Positions 25,608 through 28,101 of a stretch of 28,101 nucleotides of DNA are shown piece after piece. The stretch is from the NCBI GenBank assembly GCA_965369655.1, contig CBDUQR010000036.1:1-28101 (forward strand). The letters are read 5' to 3'. Source of the stretch: an uncultured bacterium (GTDB taxonomy: Bacteria > Zixibacteria > MSB-5A5 > JAABVY01 > JAHJOQ01). A program made the translations under genes and the position numbers. Under the pieces are notes generated by a model. It was not told where the DNA came from, did no database searches, and worked only from the letters and a program-made list of their open reading frames with translations. How positions within the stretch are numbered: position 1 is the stretch's first letter; every line of letters starts with the position of its first letter.

Positions 25608-27464
25608 TTAATCCCTGTCCAGCGCCTCCGCATGGTATACATCAAGCTCGGTGATCCACTCTTTCAATTTCTGTATCCTGAGACTGTCTTCGTCTGGAGG
25701 CGTAAACGGCCTGCCGCGTCCATCGAGAATTATCCCGACGACACCGCCGGAAACAGTTGTCTCGAGTTTATGCCCTTTGCCCGCGCCGACATCCTGGTGG
25801 CGATCCGGTTCGAGAACGGCCTTTGCTTTGAGCGGTATACCGGTCTCTTCATCGAACCCGAGCTTGATCAGCTTCATCGTGCCGGACATCAACTCGCCCT
25901 CAGCCGTCTTACCGCCGGGCAGTTCAAATTTGTATTTCATCAGAGCCTTATTGCCCTTGAAACTTCCGCACGGCGCCACGCATGTGCCCAGATGTATCAG
26001 GCAATCCTTTTCGAATACTTCGGTCGCGGCGTTTTTGTGGACGACCGACAGCACGCCGAGTTGAGGCATCATGAATATCGAGTCGACCGCGAGCCTCGTG
26101 ATACCCTCCGGCTGGAACGCGTCGATCGCCATCAGCGCCGCCTGCTGACGGCGCGGAGCATGCGACAGAACGCCGCCGGAGCCGATCAGCATATTCAGCG
26201 ACATCATATTGACGAGTGTCTGTCCCGACGATACCTGCGCGAATGCATCAGCGATCGTCCTTTGCTGCTGTATACCCTTGAGCACCGTCGCGAATTCCTT
26301 GTGCTGTATGAATGCGAGCCGCAACGCTTCTCTGGCGACTGCCTGCTCGAATATCAACTCTTCCATCGTCTGCGGGATAGTGGTCGGGCGGATCATCTTG
26401 TTCTTGATCCTGTTGCGCAGGTCGCGCTCGTCCATGTGGAACGGCACCCAGCGCATGACATTCGGAAGCCCCGTCTCCTTGAATACGTTTGAGACCGAAT
26501 AACTCATCCCGAGATTCGCGGAGACCGTGCGGTTAAACACATCCTGAAATACGGAGAATACGTCAGTCGTCGCGCCGCCGATGTCGACGCCTAACGCCTC
26601 GATACCTTCGATATCCGAGATCGTTTTGATGATCGCACCTACGGCTCCCGGAGTCGGCATGATATCAGCATCGGTCCAACTCATCAGCTTGCTGTAGCCG
26701 GGAGCCTGCGCCATGACATGCTCCATGAACAGGTCATGGATTTTCTCGCGGGCGGGAAGCAGGTTCTCTCTTTCGAGCACCGGCCTGAGATTGTCAACTA
26801 TTCCAAGATCTACCTTGTCGCCAAGTGTTGCGGTGATATTCTCACGAGCTTCCTTGTTGCCTGCGTAAATCACCGGAAGCTTGTAACTGGAACCGAGTCT
26901 CGGTTTCGGGTCGGCTGCGCTGATAAGCTCTGCGATCTCCACAACATGCGTTATCGTGCCACCATCGATTCCGCCGGAGAGAAGAATCATGTCCGGGCGG
27001 AGGTGACGGATTCTCTGGATTTGTTCGTGTGGAAGTCTCTTGTCATTCGATGCGATTACATCCATCACGATCGCGCCCGCACCGAGAGCCGCGCGCTCAG
27101 CCGATTCGGCGGTCATCGATCGGACCACACCCGCGACCATCATCTGCAAACCACCGCCAGCCGATGATGTCGAGATATAGATGTCAGTTCCGACCTTGTT
27201 GCCGTTGTCATCAGATCGGGGCGAGATAATTTTGTCGTTCTCATCGAGGAGCTTGCGGCCGGAAAGTTCGACTACCTCCTGGACGGCGTTCAGCACGCCC
27301 ATAGTGACATCTTCGAACGGCGCCTCGACAGTTGTCGGCGCCTCGCCCCTGACGATCAGCCGATATTCACCATCGCGGTATTCTATCAGAATCGCCTTGG
27401 TGGTTGTGGAGCCGCAATCGGTCGCGAGGATAACCTTGATATCTTCAGGCTTCATGTCTCTCAT
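25608..27464 (-). CDS. GlmL/MutL-like (glutamate mutase L family) ASKHA ATPase, long form
   Basis: Phosphate-1 ATDCGSTTTKA, SSAGGGLQM, AALGAGA, LSGGIDGG, MPTPGAV, phosphate-2 VDIGGATTDVFS, adenosine-motif-like IGSGGVLSHAP. Confidence 0.88.
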   Translation of the reverse strand: MRDMKPEDIKVILATDCGSTTTKAILIEYRDGEYRLIVRGEAPTTVEAPFEDVTMGVLNAVQEVVELSGRKLLDENDKIISPRSDDNGNKVGTDIYISTSSAGGGLQMMVAGVVRSMTAESAERAALGAGAIVMDVIASNDKRLPHEQIQRIRHLRPDMILLSGGIDGGTITHVVEIAELISAADPKPRLGSSYKLPVIYAGNKEARENITATLGDKVDLGIVDNLRPVLERENLLPAREKIHDLFMEHVMAQAPGYSKLMSWTDADIMPTPGAVGAIIKTISDIEGIEALGVDIGGATTDVFSVFQDVFNRTVSANLGMSYSVSNVFKETGLPNVMRWVPFHMDERDLRNRIKNKMIRPTTIPQTMEELIFEQAVAREALRLAFIQHKEFATVLKGIQQQRTIADAFAQVSSGQTLVNMMSLNMLIGSGGVLSHAPRRQQAALMAIDAFQPEGITRLAVDSIFMMPQLGVLSVVHKNAATEVFEKDCLIHLGTCVAPCGSFKGNKALMKYKFELPGGKTAEGELMSGTMKLIKLGFDEETGIPLKAKAVLEPDRHQDVGAGKGHKLETTVSGGVVGIILDGRGRPFTPPDEDSLRIQKLKEWITELDVYHAEALDRD

Positions 27465-27576
27465 TTAGAATTCCTTCTATCTCAAACAGAACATATTCGA
27501 GTCTCAAACGACAGGACATACTCCCGCCCTGCCGCGAAGTCCCAAATAACATAAATCACTCCCCGTTTGTCAAGCT

Positions 27577-27605
27577 GTCTGAGGGGGATGTGGTCTGAGG
27601 GGATG
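27577..27605. repeat. Short direct repeat GTCTGAGGGG(G)ATG x2
   Basis: Copies at 27577-27590 and 27593-27605, between a minus-strand TTGACA (27568-27573) and the stop of the upstream gene. Confidence 0.7.
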
Positions 27606-27615
27606 AGTGAAAAGG

Positions 27616-28101
27616 TCAGAGTGAAGGGCGATCCATTTCGGACGTAATCATAGGGGACTCTTCTGAGAAGTCACATTGAATCCATCCATGATAGGGGGCT
27701 GACTCCCCTTTCTCCAGTGCGGGTAAAGTCAAATTGTCAATAGCATCAAGCAAATCCTGAGAGATTTTCGTTTCAGCCGAATCAGAAGACTGTAATTTGT
27801 TATCGTGGCTGCAAAAGTTTGTACTGTATACAGAAATACCTAGATCCTTCAACTCACCAACCACGTAGTCAATCGGAATATCCCAACGACAGCCAGTCGA
27901 AATCACCCCAGCGCATTCATCCTTCTTAAATTTCCTATAAAGCTGCTTACAGAAACTATTCTTGGATCCATGGTGGCTTACTTTGAACAAATCTATGCCT
28001 GCTTTGAGCTTCGATTGTGATAGAATGGTCTTCTGGCTAGGTACGTCTGAGAGGTGGTCCCAGTTGGTTGGACAGTTTGGCGACAGTGTTAAGGTGAATT
28101 T
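27616..28101 (-). CDS. 3' part of an MBL-fold hydrolase (ComEC/Rec2-like); the 5' end lies outside the window
   Basis: The frame stays open to base 28101 (translated by hand); contains IDLFKVSHHGSKNS, GVISTG and VYSTN, typical of the ComEC-type MBL C-terminus. Confidence 0.7.
   Translation of the reverse strand, partial: KFTLTLSPNCPTNWDHLSDVPSQKTILSQSKLKAGIDLFKVSHHGSKNSFCKQLYRKFKKDECAGVISTGCRWDIPIDYVVGELKDLGISVYSTNFCSHDNKLQSSDSAETKISQDLLDAIDNLTLPALEKGESAPYHGWIQCDFSEESPMITSEMDRPSL

Noticed and set aside
25608-27464. Calling the locus a glutamate mutase operon or DNA-repair mutL
   Set aside because: No mutase subunits or DxHxxG B12-binding motif are in the window, and the motifs are ASKHA-type rather than GHKL-type.
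245-27468. Numerous plus-strand and alternate-frame ORFs of 60-331 aa
   Set aside because: They lie wholly or largely over well-supported minus-strand genes and show no recognisable motifs; they are shadow ORFs expected in GC-rich coding DNA.
1-28101. CRISPR array, tRNA/rRNA, transposase or integrase
   Set aside because: No regularly spaced repeats, cloverleaf or rRNA-like sequence, or recombinase motifs were seen; the large-scale repetition is explained by paralogous genes.

Overview
Bacterial chromosomal window with moderately high GC, in which every supportable gene lies on the minus strand. In transcription order (right to left) it holds: a 5'-truncated, lower-GC MBL-fold/ComEC-like gene; a long GlmL/MutL-like ASKHA ATPase with no B12 mutase partner in the window; a 375-aa barrel-sandwich/KOW-type protein; three tandem, diverged copies of an uncharacterised four-gene membrane module (A: signal peptide + FN3-like domain + DUF6754-like domain; B: 6-TM; C: membrane-anchored 'FDYDP' protein; D: 6-TM 'LYKDNP' protein); a small basic repeat protein with its own promoter and operator-like palindrome; pyruvate phosphate dikinase with Lys/Ala-rich tails at both ends; a GT-C-like polytopic protein; an ADP-forming acyl-CoA synthetase; an SPFH protein; and a MacAB/YknXYZ-type ABC exporter behind an ECF-type promoter. 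The main candidate for an undescribed system is the 13.7-kb GlmL-like ATPase + triplicated ABCD locus. Its subunits appear to form two inverted-topology paralogue pairs (A/C and B/D), and a terminator-containing leader precedes the first module. Family names were recognised from motifs by eye, not by database search.
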